A stretch of 64,000 nt of DNA, from assembly GCA_023230585.1 (NCBI GenBank), contig JALNXB010000005.1:6489-70488 (forward strand). The letters run 5' to 3'. The notes under the pieces are model-generated. The model saw only the letters and a program-made list of their open reading frames with translations, was not told the origin of the DNA and made no database searches. Positions 28,635 to 38,300 of this stretch are shown in pieces (the stretch's first letter is position 1; each line of letters begins with the position of its first letter). This DNA is from a bacterium. Its GTDB lineage: Bacteria > Ratteibacteria > UBA8468 > B48-G9 > JAFGKM01. A program made the position numbers and the translations under genes.

Positions 28635-29672
28635 ATGAAACGAAAGATTCTGACTATTGACGGAGCAGGAAGATTTGAAGTGGAACTGCAAGATGTACCC
28701 TCTTTAAATGAGTATGATGTTCTTGTGGAAGTCAAAGCATCAGGAATAAGCCCCGGTACCGAACTTGGCGGTATAAAACACTTAAGAGCTAACCCTTCTA
28801 ATTCAACTAATAGCAGAGCTTTTGGATATCAGAATAGTGGAATAGTTGTAGAAATAGGTAAACAAGTAAAAAACCTTAAAGAAGGAATGAGGGTTGCCTG
28901 CATGGGTAGCGGTGCAAGACATGCAAGCATTGCTGTTGTTCCACAAAATCTATGTATTCCTATCCCTGAAAACGTTTCATTCCAAGAGGCTGCCTTCACA
29001 AACCTTGCAGGAACTGCTGTCCAAGCAATAAGAAGAGCTCAAACAGAATTTGGAGAAAACTTTTTTATTGCAGGCTTAGGTATCGTTGGAAATATGATAG
29101 GTCAACTGGCATCTTTATGTGGTTGCCATACTGTTGGTATTGATTTCTTTGAAAATCGAAGAGTTATATCCAAAAAAGTAGGGTTTGAACTTGTTTTAAC
29201 TCCTGAGAATGATAGTTGGATTGAAGAGTGTCAAAACTTTTCTGCCCCGTACGGGATAGATGCAGTCTTTTTATGTTTTGGAGGAGACGCTACCCTATTT
29301 TTTCAAAAGATTCTTAAGATAATGAAAGTATCTCAGGATGGACATTTGATGGGTAGAATTGTTATACCGGGTGGATGCGAAATAAAAACAAGGTTTGCCT
29401 CCACATTAGGTAACCTTGATATAAGAAGTTCCGCAAGAACTGGCCCCGGATACCACGACGACTCTTATGAACAAGGTAACGATTATCCAAAAGTGTTTGT
29501 TCCGTGGACAACAAGACGTAATATTGAAGAGTTTTATAAAGCAGTATCAAAAAGGTCTTTAAATATCAACTCAATTATAAGTCACTCGTTTTCTTTAGAT
29601 GAAGGAGCAGAGGCTTGTAACCTTCTGGTAGACTATCCAGAAAAAGCTTTGGGTGTAGTTCTACAACCTTAA
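28635..29672 (+). CDS. MDR-superfamily (alcohol dehydrogenase-like) oxidoreductase, catalytic zinc site apparently not conserved
   Basis: GroES-like N-terminal domain (DVLVEVKASGISPGTE) and Rossmann FFIAGLGIVGNMIGQLA; start at the ATG at 28635, preceded by GGAG (the ORF opens at a TTG at 28623). Confidence 0.5.
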   Translation: MKRKILTIDGAGRFEVELQDVPSLNEYDVLVEVKASGISPGTELGGIKHLRANPSNSTNSRAFGYQNSGIVVEIGKQVKNLKEGMRVACMGSGARHASIAVVPQNLCIPIPENVSFQEAAFTNLAGTAVQAIRRAQTEFGENFFIAGLGIVGNMIGQLASLCGCHTVGIDFFENRRVISKKVGFELVLTPENDSWIEECQNFSAPYGIDAVFLCFGGDATLFFQKILKIMKVSQDGHLMGRIVIPGGCEIKTRFASTLGNLDIRSSARTGPGYHDDSYEQGNDYPKVFVPWTTRRNIEEFYKAVSKRSLNINSIISHSFSLDEGAEACNLLVDYPEKALGVVLQP

Positions 29673-29729
29673 TTGTTTCTTGACCTTTTAAAAAGTGGCT
29701 ATCTATTATTATATATCAAAAAAACAATA

Positions 29730-30638
29730 TTAAGGGATTGTAAGTTTTTGCCCTACAAAGATTTTGTCGGTTTGAAGGTTGTTAAGTTTTTTTATTGCTT
29801 GAGATGTTGTGTTGAAGCGGCTTGCAATCACACCTATACTATCTCCCTTTTTTACAATATAGGTTTTTGTCCTATTTGAAGAGTTCTCTTCTTTGATTGT
29901 TTTTTCTTCGTCTTTATTCTCAGTATACGTAGCAGGCAAACTGTTTGTCTTTGACAATTCTGTCTTTAATCTATAAAGTTCGCTCTCTTGCCTTGTAAGT
30001 TCATCTATAAAAATCTGAAAATTCTTTCCGGTTGTTTCTTCCATTTGTGAAATTTGTGAAGAGTTCTTTTCAACCTCAGATAATATTTTATTCAAAGAAT
30101 CAGCAACTTTCAGTTGAGATTGGTTTATTTCTAAAACATCACCTTGTATAGAAGAAAAGTTTTTACTAAGTGAAGATATGGAAATAATAATATCGTTATA
30201 AGTTTCTTTCAACCCTTTAATATCTCTACGTATTTCAAAATCTTTCTGCTGATTCACAAGGTTTTCCTTTTTCATCTCTTCTGCAAACTTATAATCCAAC
30301 TCATCTATCTTCCCAATAAGTTTTCTGATATCTTCTTCCATTGTAGAGATTTTTGTTGAAAGAAGTGCCTTCTCATTTGATAAGTCTTCTACATCTTTTG
30401 ATAGTCTGTCATTTTTTTCTGACAAAATCTTAATATTGTTAGAAAAAATCGAGTTGTTTTCATTGATATTTGTTTCAAGAGCTTTTATACGTTCACCTAT
30501 AACTTTTGAAGTAGCATAAAAATCATCTTGAACGTTTGTCACTTTACTCTGAACAAACCCTATATCATCTTTTGTAGCAACACAACCTGAAAAAAGCAGT
30601 AAGACTACACATAAAAATAGAAGACTTAATCGTTTCAT
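29730..30638 (-). CDS. Lipoprotein with long coiled coil and C-terminal LysM peptidoglycan-binding domain (occupies the CpoB/YbgF position of the Tol-Pal cluster)
   Basis: Lipobox LLLFSGC; about 230 aa of heptad-rich sequence; C-terminal YIVKKGDSIGVIASRFNTTSQAIKKLNNLQTDKIFVGQKLTIP matches LysM. Confidence 0.6.
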   Translation of the reverse strand: MKRLSLLFLCVVLLLFSGCVATKDDIGFVQSKVTNVQDDFYATSKVIGERIKALETNINENNSIFSNNIKILSEKNDRLSKDVEDLSNEKALLSTKISTMEEDIRKLIGKIDELDYKFAEEMKKENLVNQQKDFEIRRDIKGLKETYNDIIISISSLSKNFSSIQGDVLEINQSQLKVADSLNKILSEVEKNSSQISQMEETTGKNFQIFIDELTRQESELYRLKTELSKTNSLPATYTENKDEEKTIKEENSSNRTKTYIVKKGDSIGVIASRFNTTSQAIKKLNNLQTDKIFVGQKLTIP

Positions 30639-30640
30639 AT

Positions 30641-31303
30641 TTACTCCGCTATTTTAAATTCTACCCTTCTGTTTTTCGCCCAAGCTTCTTCGTTACTTCT
30701 TGGATCAACAGGATTATCTTTACCGTAACTCACAGTATATAGTCTTTTTGGAGAAACTCCTTGTTCAACAAGAAACCTTCTAACACTTAACGACCTCTGT
30801 TCTCCAAGAACAAGGTTATATTCTCGGGTACCTCTTTCATCACAGTGACCTTCTATCAAAATCTCCATATTGGGGTTTTGGAGAAGATATTGGCTTATCT
30901 TTATCAAAACTGGCACATCCGCAACTCCTATATCATATCTATCGTAGTTGAAATATACATTACTAAATATTTGTGCTAATTCAGGAGAAAACTCCGAAGG
31001 TGACTTAAATTTCTTATCTAAAGGGATAGGTTGTAAAGGGATGGATTCTCCTTTAACTGCTTGCTGTTTTTCTTGTGCAGTAGCCATACCTTTCCCAGTA
31101 GAAACGTCTGTGGTTCCTGTTGATTCAGGTGTTACAGTTGTTAAAGGGGTTACGTCTTCAGTAAAAATAGATAACGCAGAAGGTTTGGTTATATCTGTTT
31201 CTCCCTTCTCTTTCAAATGCTTGTCTCTTACGTCTTTAGAAGACTGGCACCCTACAAAAAAAGATATAATTAAACATATTGATAAGATTTTAAGAACTCT
31301 CAT
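30641..31303 (-). CDS. pal: Peptidoglycan-associated lipoprotein Pal (OmpA-like domain)
   Basis: Lipobox ISFFVGC; OmpA-like C-terminal domain NVYFNYDRYDI...LIEGHCDERGTREYNLVLGEQRSLSVRRFL...NRRVEFKI. Confidence 0.85.
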   Translation of the reverse strand: MRVLKILSICLIISFFVGCQSSKDVRDKHLKEKGETDITKPSALSIFTEDVTPLTTVTPESTGTTDVSTGKGMATAQEKQQAVKGESIPLQPIPLDKKFKSPSEFSPELAQIFSNVYFNYDRYDIGVADVPVLIKISQYLLQNPNMEILIEGHCDERGTREYNLVLGEQRSLSVRRFLVEQGVSPKRLYTVSYGKDNPVDPRSNEEAWAKNRRVEFKIAE

Positions 31304-31361
31304 TTTACCTCCTATCGTTTAAAAAATGGTTTACTTTATTATACAATAAGACTTTGTTTTG

Positions 31362-32591
31362 TCAAAAAGGACTCCAATTTGGGCTGAACGCATTATATTT
31401 ACTACTTGTTATTCTTCTCCTATCTCCTGTGAGTATATCTATAACCATAATCGTATGAGGACGCCTTTTAATATCAGAATATACTATGTGTCTACTGTCT
31501 GGTGCCCAAGAGATCTCTTCGCTTCCAAGTGTTTCGCTTACTATTTTCGTTTCCCCTGAAGATACATCATAGATAGCTATACCAAAATTACCTGCTTTCA
31601 TAAAAACATACGCAATATAGGTTCCATCAGGAGACCAACTAGGCGAGGTTGAATACCCAGAAACATAACTTATCCTTTTAATTTTTGTTCCGTCTCTTGT
31701 CATAGTATATACCTGAGCAGTTCCTTGTCTGTCAGAAACAAAAGCAATCATTTTACCAGAAGGAGATAAAGACGGTGATGCATCAGTGGTTTTACTATAT
31801 GTCACTCTTTTAAGGATTTTACCATTAAAATCTGTAATATATATTTCAGGATGTCCTGTCTTGCTTAAAACTACTGCCATCTCTTCTGTTTTTTTGCAAG
31901 GAGAAGCACAAGCGTTTAACCCTGGTTCTGCAAGGATTATAGTTTCAACGCCTGTTAAAATATTTTTTTTAACAAGTTTAGGCCACCCATCTTTATAAGA
32001 AATCAAAAGAATTTCTTTGTAAGGGGTAAGCCACTTAGGGTAGTGAACAAGAAACTCTGAGTTGGTCAACTTTGTTAGATTGTCTCCATCATAATCTATT
32101 TGATAAATCTGGTATTTACCAGAAGAATCAGATACAAAAAGAATCTTACTTTCAGCAATACCTGGTTTACCTGTTAGGTGTAGCATAATATCATTACAAA
32201 TTTTATGTGCCAAAATATGTGGGAACTTTGTTTTTTTATAATTTTTTTCAAAAAGAAGTTTCTCGTCAAGCCTATCTTCAATACTTATCTTTACACCGTC
32301 AGATAGTTTGTCGCCAAGTAGAAGGATTTGGGTAGTATACTTCTTCTTTGCAACAGAAATATTGTCCGTAAATATAGATTCGTTCACAGAAAAATATCCA
32401 GAGTATTCAAGATCTCTACCTAAAACCGAAACAAGTTTTTCCCAGTAGTTATCTTTATTTTGTGAAAAAAGAATCGATATATCAGCTTTCTCTTTAAAAT
32501 TTTTTGTTATTTTAAGAAATATCGGGGAAGACGCATAAAGATTTACCGAAAATAATAATATAAAAAATAGTACGCAACTTTTTATTTTCAC
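31362..32591 (-). CDS. tolB: Tol-Pal system beta-propeller protein TolB
   Basis: Signal peptide, N-terminal TolB domain and repeated SPDG/WSPDG propeller blades (SPSWSPDGTYIAYV, ISWAPDSRHIVYS). Confidence 0.85.
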   Translation of the reverse strand: MKIKSCVLFFILLFSVNLYASSPIFLKITKNFKEKADISILFSQNKDNYWEKLVSVLGRDLEYSGYFSVNESIFTDNISVAKKKYTTQILLLGDKLSDGVKISIEDRLDEKLLFEKNYKKTKFPHILAHKICNDIMLHLTGKPGIAESKILFVSDSSGKYQIYQIDYDGDNLTKLTNSEFLVHYPKWLTPYKEILLISYKDGWPKLVKKNILTGVETIILAEPGLNACASPCKKTEEMAVVLSKTGHPEIYITDFNGKILKRVTYSKTTDASPSLSPSGKMIAFVSDRQGTAQVYTMTRDGTKIKRISYVSGYSTSPSWSPDGTYIAYVFMKAGNFGIAIYDVSSGETKIVSETLGSEEISWAPDSRHIVYSDIKRRPHTIMVIDILTGDRRRITSSKYNAFSPNWSPF

Positions 32592-32593
32592 TG

Positions 32594-33367
32594 TTACACC
32601 TCCGTGCTAAATTCAATAACAATATCTAAATATGGTTGTTTTATATCAGAAGGAAAGTTGGGTATGTTTTTTGTTGATTTGACAGCTTCAACAACAGAGA
32701 TATCAAACCCTCTATTTCCTGAACTTAACTCAAGAGAAACACTTTCTATCACGCCACTTTTGTAAACCCTAAAAGAAACGGTAGTCTTCCTGATACCCAG
32801 AACATTGGGCACCTTCCAATTCTCTTTTATCTTACTTTTTAAAAGCATAACATACCAGTCTGGAATAGCATCTCGTTGTCTTACAACTGACATCTCTAAA
32901 GAAGTACCTTGTAGTTTTTCAATCTGTACAGATTTTCCTTTATAGACTTCCTTTTCTGTTTTAACTGGTCTACTTTCTATTTTAGCAATTAGTTTTTCTT
33001 TGAAACTTTCGCTTGAAAAAGAAGAAACTTCTTTCTTTTCTGTGCTTATAGAAGTTTTTTTAGATTTTTGTTCTTCAGAAGTTTTTTTGGATTTTGGTCC
33101 TTCTTTGGCTCTGGAAGGTTCAGGAACAATCTTTTTTTTCTGAATCTCTTCTTTTGTTTCGACCACTTGACTGGTCTCTGATAATATTTTTGATATAGGG
33201 ATATTTATTAACTGAATATCTATCACTTGATGAGAAATTATATTATTTTTTTTCCACGGTGAACCAACAAGGATAAAAAGCCCAAAACAATGGATTAGAA
33301 AAGTTATACCTAAACTCTTCTTTTTTATTCTATCTGTGTAGCCAGTCCAATCTTCTCTATTTTGCAT
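32594..33367 (-). CDS. tolA: TolA-like protein (TM anchor, Lys/Glu-rich linker, TonB/TolA C-terminal domain)
   Basis: N-terminal TM helix ITFLIHCFGLFILVG, a K/E/S-rich central region and a TonB_C-like C-terminus; its position between tolR and tolB. Confidence 0.6.
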   Translation of the reverse strand: MQNREDWTGYTDRIKKKSLGITFLIHCFGLFILVGSPWKKNNIISHQVIDIQLINIPISKILSETSQVVETKEEIQKKKIVPEPSRAKEGPKSKKTSEEQKSKKTSISTEKKEVSSFSSESFKEKLIAKIESRPVKTEKEVYKGKSVQIEKLQGTSLEMSVVRQRDAIPDWYVMLLKSKIKENWKVPNVLGIRKTTVSFRVYKSGVIESVSLELSSGNRGFDISVVEAVKSTKNIPNFPSDIKQPYLDIVIEFSTEV

Positions 33368-33738
33368 TTTTTGGATATATCGAGGACTTTTATAATATTT
33401 TTGTAAGAGACTTCTTCATCTCCTTTTACTATAACAGAGATGTCTTCCCCTTCGTTGACCCTTTTTTGAAGTATATTGTGTATCTCTCTCAAGGTAGCTT
33501 TTTTACCTTCAAGGTAATACGTATTATTGGAAGCGACAGTAATAACTACGCTTTTTTCAATCTTTATCTCCGCAGGAGAAGAAGCTGGAAGATTAACTTC
33601 TATACCTTGCTCAATAAATGGAGATATGATAAGCAAGATGACAACAAGTGTTAAAGCCACATCAACAAGGTTGGTTATATTTAACTGAGGTAGTGTTGTA
33701 TTATTATTTCTTCTGCTTAACATATTAATACTCTCCAA
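33325..33738 (-). CDS. tolR: Biopolymer transport protein TolR/ExbD
   Basis: Single TM segment (LTLVVILLIISPF) plus the ExbD periplasmic domain; 137 aa; follows tolQ. Confidence 0.8.
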   Translation of the reverse strand: MESINMLSRRNNNTTLPQLNITNLVDVALTLVVILLIISPFIEQGIEVNLPASSPAEIKIEKSVVITVASNNTYYLEGKKATLREIHNILQKRVNEGEDISVIVKGDEEVSYKNIIKVLDISKKCKIEKIGLATQIE

Positions 33739-33748
33739 TACTGTATTT

Positions 33749-34351
33749 CTATTCAGTATGCTTCAAGTAGTTCACTATAAAAGGAAGAACAGATTCCATT
33801 CTGTCTAAAATGTTGATAACGCGTCCTCTATAATAATTATATCCTACTGAGGCAGGAATAGCGACTATCAAACCAGCAACAGTTGTAATCAGAGCCTCCG
33901 AAACCCCAGCAGCAACAACCTTGACAGAAGAAGAACCTGCAACAGAAATACCCATAAACGACAACAGAAGCCCCCAAACCGTACCAAGAAGTCCAAGGAA
34001 GGGCGCAATTGTTGCTATGGTTGCAAGAGAGGTAATGTTTTTTTCAAGTTTAGACTGCACTTGTAAGAAAGCTTTTTGAAGGTATATATCTATCTGCTCC
34101 AATCCTGTTTTTTGTTTAAGTTCTATTCCATATTCAAGAACTGAGTTTAAAGGGGATTTTGTAAAATTTTTTACTTTACCGCTCTTAAGATTCTTTTCAA
34201 AAAGTCTATTTTTTTTCTCTACGTCTTTCAGAAAAAAGAGTTTTTCTATAAGTATATACCAAGAATAGAATGAAAGTACGCCGAGAGATACCATTATAAT
34301 TTTTCCCGCAATATCACAATGTTGCCACGAAGCAATCCATATATTTCCCAT
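33749..34351 (-). CDS. tolQ: MotA/TolQ/ExbB proton-channel protein TolQ
   Basis: Three TM segments with the conserved C-terminal region GLLGTVWGLL...VAAGVSEALITTVAGLIVAIP. Confidence 0.8.
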   Translation of the reverse strand: MGNIWIASWQHCDIAGKIIMVSLGVLSFYSWYILIEKLFFLKDVEKKNRLFEKNLKSGKVKNFTKSPLNSVLEYGIELKQKTGLEQIDIYLQKAFLQVQSKLEKNITSLATIATIAPFLGLLGTVWGLLLSFMGISVAGSSSVKVVAAGVSEALITTVAGLIVAIPASVGYNYYRGRVINILDRMESVLPFIVNYLKHTE

Positions 34352-34566
34352 AATTAAATATTATATACGATTTATAAGTTTAAGTCAATAAATTTCCTTG
34401 TTTTACAAGGTTTTAAATGGTTATTTTATGGTGCTTTATAAGAAATAAAAGATATAAAAATAAAAGTGATACCTTTACCCTCAATTTTGATAAGTAAACT
34501 TGACAACACTTGACAGATTGACTACACTTAAAACAGTTCATTATAAAAAATAATATGGAGGGAAGT

Positions 34567-35898
34567 ATGAAAGAGAAATTAGCTATAGAAGGTGGTAAAC
34601 CTGTTTTAGAAAGAAGTGATTATAAAAACTGGCCTATTGTTAACAACGCAACCCGTGCTTACATTAACGAAGTAATGGATAGCGGTGTTTTCGCTGGTGG
34701 AACTGCTCCGCAGGTTTCTGCACTTGAGAAAGAATGGGCAGAGTATCTTGGTATAAAACATTGTCTTACAACATGTAGTGGTACTGCTGCATTGCATATG
34801 GCTCTTTCAGCTATAGGGATAAAACCAGGTGATGAAGTTATCACCTCTGCATTTACTTTTCTTGCTTCTGCTTCGTGTGCTATACATCAGAACGGTGTGC
34901 CAGTATTTGTTGATATTGATAACAGAACATACAATATAGACCCTTCTAAAATTGAAGCAGTTATAACTGAACGAACAAAAGCTATAATTCCAGTACATAT
35001 ACAGGGATTATCAGCAGATATGGACCCTATCCTTAAAATAGCAGAAAAACATAACCTGTTTGTAATAGAAGATGCCTGTCAAGCGCACGGAGCCACATAT
35101 AAAGGTAAGAAAGTAGGCACTATGGGCGATGCTGCTGCTTTTAGTCTTAATAACTATAAAAACCTGTCTGGAGGCGAAGGTGGTCTATTTGTAACCAACG
35201 ATGAGGTTCTATTACAGAAAGGTAACCTAATAAGATGTTTTGGTGATGAAATTGACGAAGTTAGCCACAGAAGAAAATATAATGCATCTATCCTTGGGTA
35301 TATGTATAGAAACCATGAGTTGCCTGCAGCGTTTACCAGAGGTCAACTTAAACATCTTGATGAATATAATGAAATAAGAATTAAAAATGCCAACTATCTT
35401 ACAGAACAACTAAGTAGAATACCAGGAGTTATCCCTCCATATTGCCCGCCAGAATGTAAACACGTATATTTTATGTATAATGTAAGGTTTGACCCACAGG
35501 CGGTTGGTATAAATTGTTCCCCTTTAAGGTTTAGGACAGCCATAGAAAAATCTCTATATAAAGAAGGTGTTTTAGTAGGACAGTGGCAAACTATGCCTGT
35601 TCCAGCACAAGATTTGTTTCAAAGTAAGCTTGGGTACGGTGGTTCAAAATATCCTTGGTCATTAAATGAAGATAAAGGAATCGATTATAACTATAATGTT
35701 GACCAATTCCCTGTTGCTAAAAAACTATGTGAAAATTATAGCGTAGTTCACGGTGTTCATGCACCTAACGACTTAAAACTGATGGAAAAGATAGTTTGTG
35801 CTTTCAAAAAAGTTTTTGCAGATATAGATACTGCTCTTAAACACGTTGACGACCCTGTTTATCCGGGAGCTGACGGTAAATTATATGGAGCAGGTTGA
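34567..35898 (+). CDS. DegT/DnrJ/EryC1/StrS family PLP-dependent sugar aminotransferase
   Basis: MKEKLAIEGGKPV..., CLTTCSGTAALHMAL, FVIEDACQAHGATYKGKKVGTMGDAAAFS (PLP lysine region); GGAGGG RBS ahead of the ATG at 34567. Confidence 0.85.
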   Translation: MKEKLAIEGGKPVLERSDYKNWPIVNNATRAYINEVMDSGVFAGGTAPQVSALEKEWAEYLGIKHCLTTCSGTAALHMALSAIGIKPGDEVITSAFTFLASASCAIHQNGVPVFVDIDNRTYNIDPSKIEAVITERTKAIIPVHIQGLSADMDPILKIAEKHNLFVIEDACQAHGATYKGKKVGTMGDAAAFSLNNYKNLSGGEGGLFVTNDEVLLQKGNLIRCFGDEIDEVSHRRKYNASILGYMYRNHELPAAFTRGQLKHLDEYNEIRIKNANYLTEQLSRIPGVIPPYCPPECKHVYFMYNVRFDPQAVGINCSPLRFRTAIEKSLYKEGVLVGQWQTMPVPAQDLFQSKLGYGGSKYPWSLNEDKGIDYNYNVDQFPVAKKLCENYSVVHGVHAPNDLKLMEKIVCAFKKVFADIDTALKHVDDPVYPGADGKLYGAG

Positions 35899-35926
35899 GT
35901 ATTGAATAAAGATAAAGGAGATGAGA

Positions 35927-36955
35927 ATGGAAAGTAAAGGACTTTATGGCAAAAAACATCTTGATATTCAAACAAGAACAATAAATATTCCACCACCTGA
36001 TGAAAACCATGTTATAGTTAAAATACATGCTTGTGGTGTATGCGGAACAGATATAAATTTTGTTAATGATTGGGATGGTGACCCTATGGCTCTTGGGCAC
36101 GAAATTGCAGCAGAAGTTGTTGAAATTGGAAAAAATGTAAAGAATATCAAGGTTGGGGATTCTGTAATAGTTGAAGATTGCTCTATGTGTGGGGTCTGTA
36201 AAGATTGTAAAAGTGGGCATGTTGAGTTTTGTAGAAATATGTATGATATGGAAGGTCAACCTGGTATGGCTGAATATATGTCGGTCAACTTTAACTCTCT
36301 TAACAAGTTTGATGGTCTTGACTATGTATCAGCATCTTTAACTGAACCTCTCGCGGTTTCTCTCACCTCTGTGCTTAACGCTGAAATACCTTTAGGGGGG
36401 AGTGTTGTAGTGCTTGGACCTGGTCCATTGGGATTGATGTCAGCCAAAATTGCAAAGTTGAGAGGTGCAGGATTTGTCGGAATAACTGGGTTACCTAAAG
36501 ATAACCCAAGAGAGGAAGCAAGACTCAATCTGGCGCAAAAATGGGGTTGCGACCTTGTCCTAGAAAACGGAAAACATAATATTGAAGAAGAAATTAAGAA
36601 AGTTTTTCCTGATGGCGTGGATAGGGTAATAGTCTCTTCTCCACCACAAAGTATGGAAGATGCGTTTAAGATTATACGGTTTGGAGGTATTATTACTTTT
36701 TATGGTCTACATTTCGGAGGAAAAAATAAAATTAGTGTAGATATAAATGATATGATATTTAGAAAAATCACTCTGAAACCCACTTTTGCTGAGCCAGCAA
36801 TAAATTTTCCTGTAGCTATAAACCTTCTTAAAGAAGGTCTTTTACCAGCTGCTGATATTATTACTAATACATTCGGTTTTACTCAGGCAAAAGAAATAAT
36901 GTCTTCTATTATTGATGGTTCTCAACCTATTATAAAAGCTGTTTTTGTTCCATAA
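35927..36955 (+). CDS. Zinc-dependent medium-chain alcohol/polyol dehydrogenase
   Basis: [12 protein letters not shown], structural-zinc cysteines [18 protein letters not shown] and Rossmann GPGPLG; start at the second ATG, 6 nt after AGGAG. Confidence 0.8.
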   Translation: MESKGLYGKKHLDIQTRTINIPPPDENHVIVKIHACGVCGTDINFVNDWDGDPMALGHEIAAEVVEIGKNVKNIKVGDSVIVEDCSMCGVCKDCKSGHVEFCRNMYDMEGQPGMAEYMSVNFNSLNKFDGLDYVSASLTEPLAVSLTSVLNAEIPLGGSVVVLGPGPLGLMSAKIAKLRGAGFVGITGLPKDNPREEARLNLAQKWGCDLVLENGKHNIEEEIKKVFPDGVDRVIVSSPPQSMEDAFKIIRFGGIITFYGLHFGGKNKISVDINDMIFRKITLKPTFAEPAINFPVAINLLKEGLLPAADIITNTFGFTQAKEIMSSIIDGSQPIIKAVFVP

Positions 36956-36978
36956 TTAAAAGAAAGGAATATGAATAT

Positions 36979-37398
36979 ATGAAAAGTTGGAGAAAAGAAC
37001 TCTATTTCAATATACCTCAACGGGTAGGATTGGTTAATATAACAGAGGAAGTACAGAAAGCTATTGATGAAAGTGGAATAAAAGAAGGGTTATGCCTCGT
37101 TAATGCTATGCATATAACAGCCAGTGTTTTTGTGAATGATGACGAAAGTGGTCTACATAAAGACTATAAGGTTTGGCTTGAAAAAATTGCTCCTCATCAG
37201 CCTATTTCTCAGTATGCACATAACAACACAGGCGAAGATAATGCTGACGCCCATATAAAAAGACAAATTATGGGCAGAGAAGCGGTGTTAGCTGTAACCA
37301 AAGGAAAACTTGACTTTGGACCTTGGGAACAGATTTTCTACGGTGAATTTGATGGAAATAGAAGAAAACGGGTATTAATAAAAATTATAGGGGAATAA
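36979..37398 (+). CDS. YjbQ/UPF0047 family protein (secondary thiamine-phosphate synthase-like)
   Basis: The 139-aa length and the pattern [26 protein letters not shown]...[35 protein letters not shown] are typical of YjbQ. Confidence 0.6.
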   Translation: MKSWRKELYFNIPQRVGLVNITEEVQKAIDESGIKEGLCLVNAMHITASVFVNDDESGLHKDYKVWLEKIAPHQPISQYAHNNTGEDNADAHIKRQIMGREAVLAVTKGKLDFGPWEQIFYGEFDGNRRKRVLIKIIGE

Positions 37399-37776
37399 TC
37401 ACCCTTTAATAGCAATACATTCTATCTCAACCAAAGCTTTTTTAGGAAGGCAAGCAACCTGGACTGTGCTTCGTGCTGGTTTATGTTTAAAAAAACTTGC
37501 GTATACAAGGTTCATCTCATTAAAATCTTGCATATCTTGTAAAAAAACCGTTGTTTTAATCACGTTTTCAATCTCACATTTTGCTTCTTTTAGTATTACT
37601 ATTATATTGTTTATAACTTGTTGGGTTTGTGCTGAAATATCTCCCTTAATTATCTCGTTAGTAGAAGGGTCTATAGGAATCTGACCTGATAGAAAAACAA
37701 GGTCCCCAGAGACTACTGCTTGAGAATAAGGACCTATTGCCCACGGCGCTTTGTCTGTTGAAATTGTTTTAAACAT
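37399..37776 (-). CDS. ridA: RidA family reactive-intermediate deaminase (YjgF/TdcF)
   Basis: MFKTISTDKAPWAIGPYSQAV...FLSGQIP...PARSTVQVACLP, a canonical RidA signature. Confidence 0.85.
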   Translation of the reverse strand: MFKTISTDKAPWAIGPYSQAVVSGDLVFLSGQIPIDPSTNEIIKGDISAQTQQVINNIIVILKEAKCEIENVIKTTVFLQDMQDFNEMNLVYASFFKHKPARSTVQVACLPKKALVEIECIAIKG

Positions 37777-38240
37777 TCTTTGATGCCTCCTTGTATAGTA
37801 GGAAATTCTTCATCTACTTTTCTTCCTTTTACAAATCTTTTACCTAAAACTTCTGCACCTTTTTTGTTAGATAAATTTTCAAAATTGTTCATTGCTCTAT
37901 CTTTCCCTTTTCCGCTTCCATAAGTTAAAATAAGAAAAACTTGCTTTCCTGATAAATCTAACTGTTCAATGAAAGAACGCATAGCAGGGGAGATATCAAA
38001 AGCCCACACAGGACTACCCAAAAATATAAGGTCTGTCTCTTTTACGTCAGGTATTGATTCAAGGGTAACACTTTTCTGCTTAAAAGCATCTATACAATTT
38101 TTCACAAAAGAACCAGTATTTTTTGTTTCTAAACTTGATATTGAAACATTAAATTCTTGTTCCTCAAGTGTCTCTTTGAGTAAATACGATAACTTTCTTG
38201 TTCGCCCTGATAAAGAAAAGTAGATAATAGCAATTTTCAT
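37734..38240 (-). CDS. Flavodoxin-like fold FMN-binding protein
   Basis: MKIAIIYFSLSGRTRKLS (flavodoxin phosphate-binding loop) and LFLGSPVWAF; the 3' end overlaps ridA by 43 nt. Confidence 0.55.
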   Translation of the reverse strand: MKIAIIYFSLSGRTRKLSYLLKETLEEQEFNVSISSLETKNTGSFVKNCIDAFKQKSVTLESIPDVKETDLIFLGSPVWAFDISPAMRSFIEQLDLSGKQVFLILTYGSGKGKDRAMNNFENLSNKKGAEVLGKRFVKGRKVDEEFPTIQGGIKECLKQFQQTKRRGQ

Positions 38241-38300
38241 ATTTATATGGTAATATATATGTTGACATATTTCAATTTAATTTTCAACAGGAGCAGAATA

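Noticed and set aside
36971-36982. Earlier ATG (36971) as the start of the YjbQ-like gene
   Set aside because: It is followed in-frame by TGA after 3 codons. The ATG at 36979, 9 nt after AAAGGAA, is the real start.
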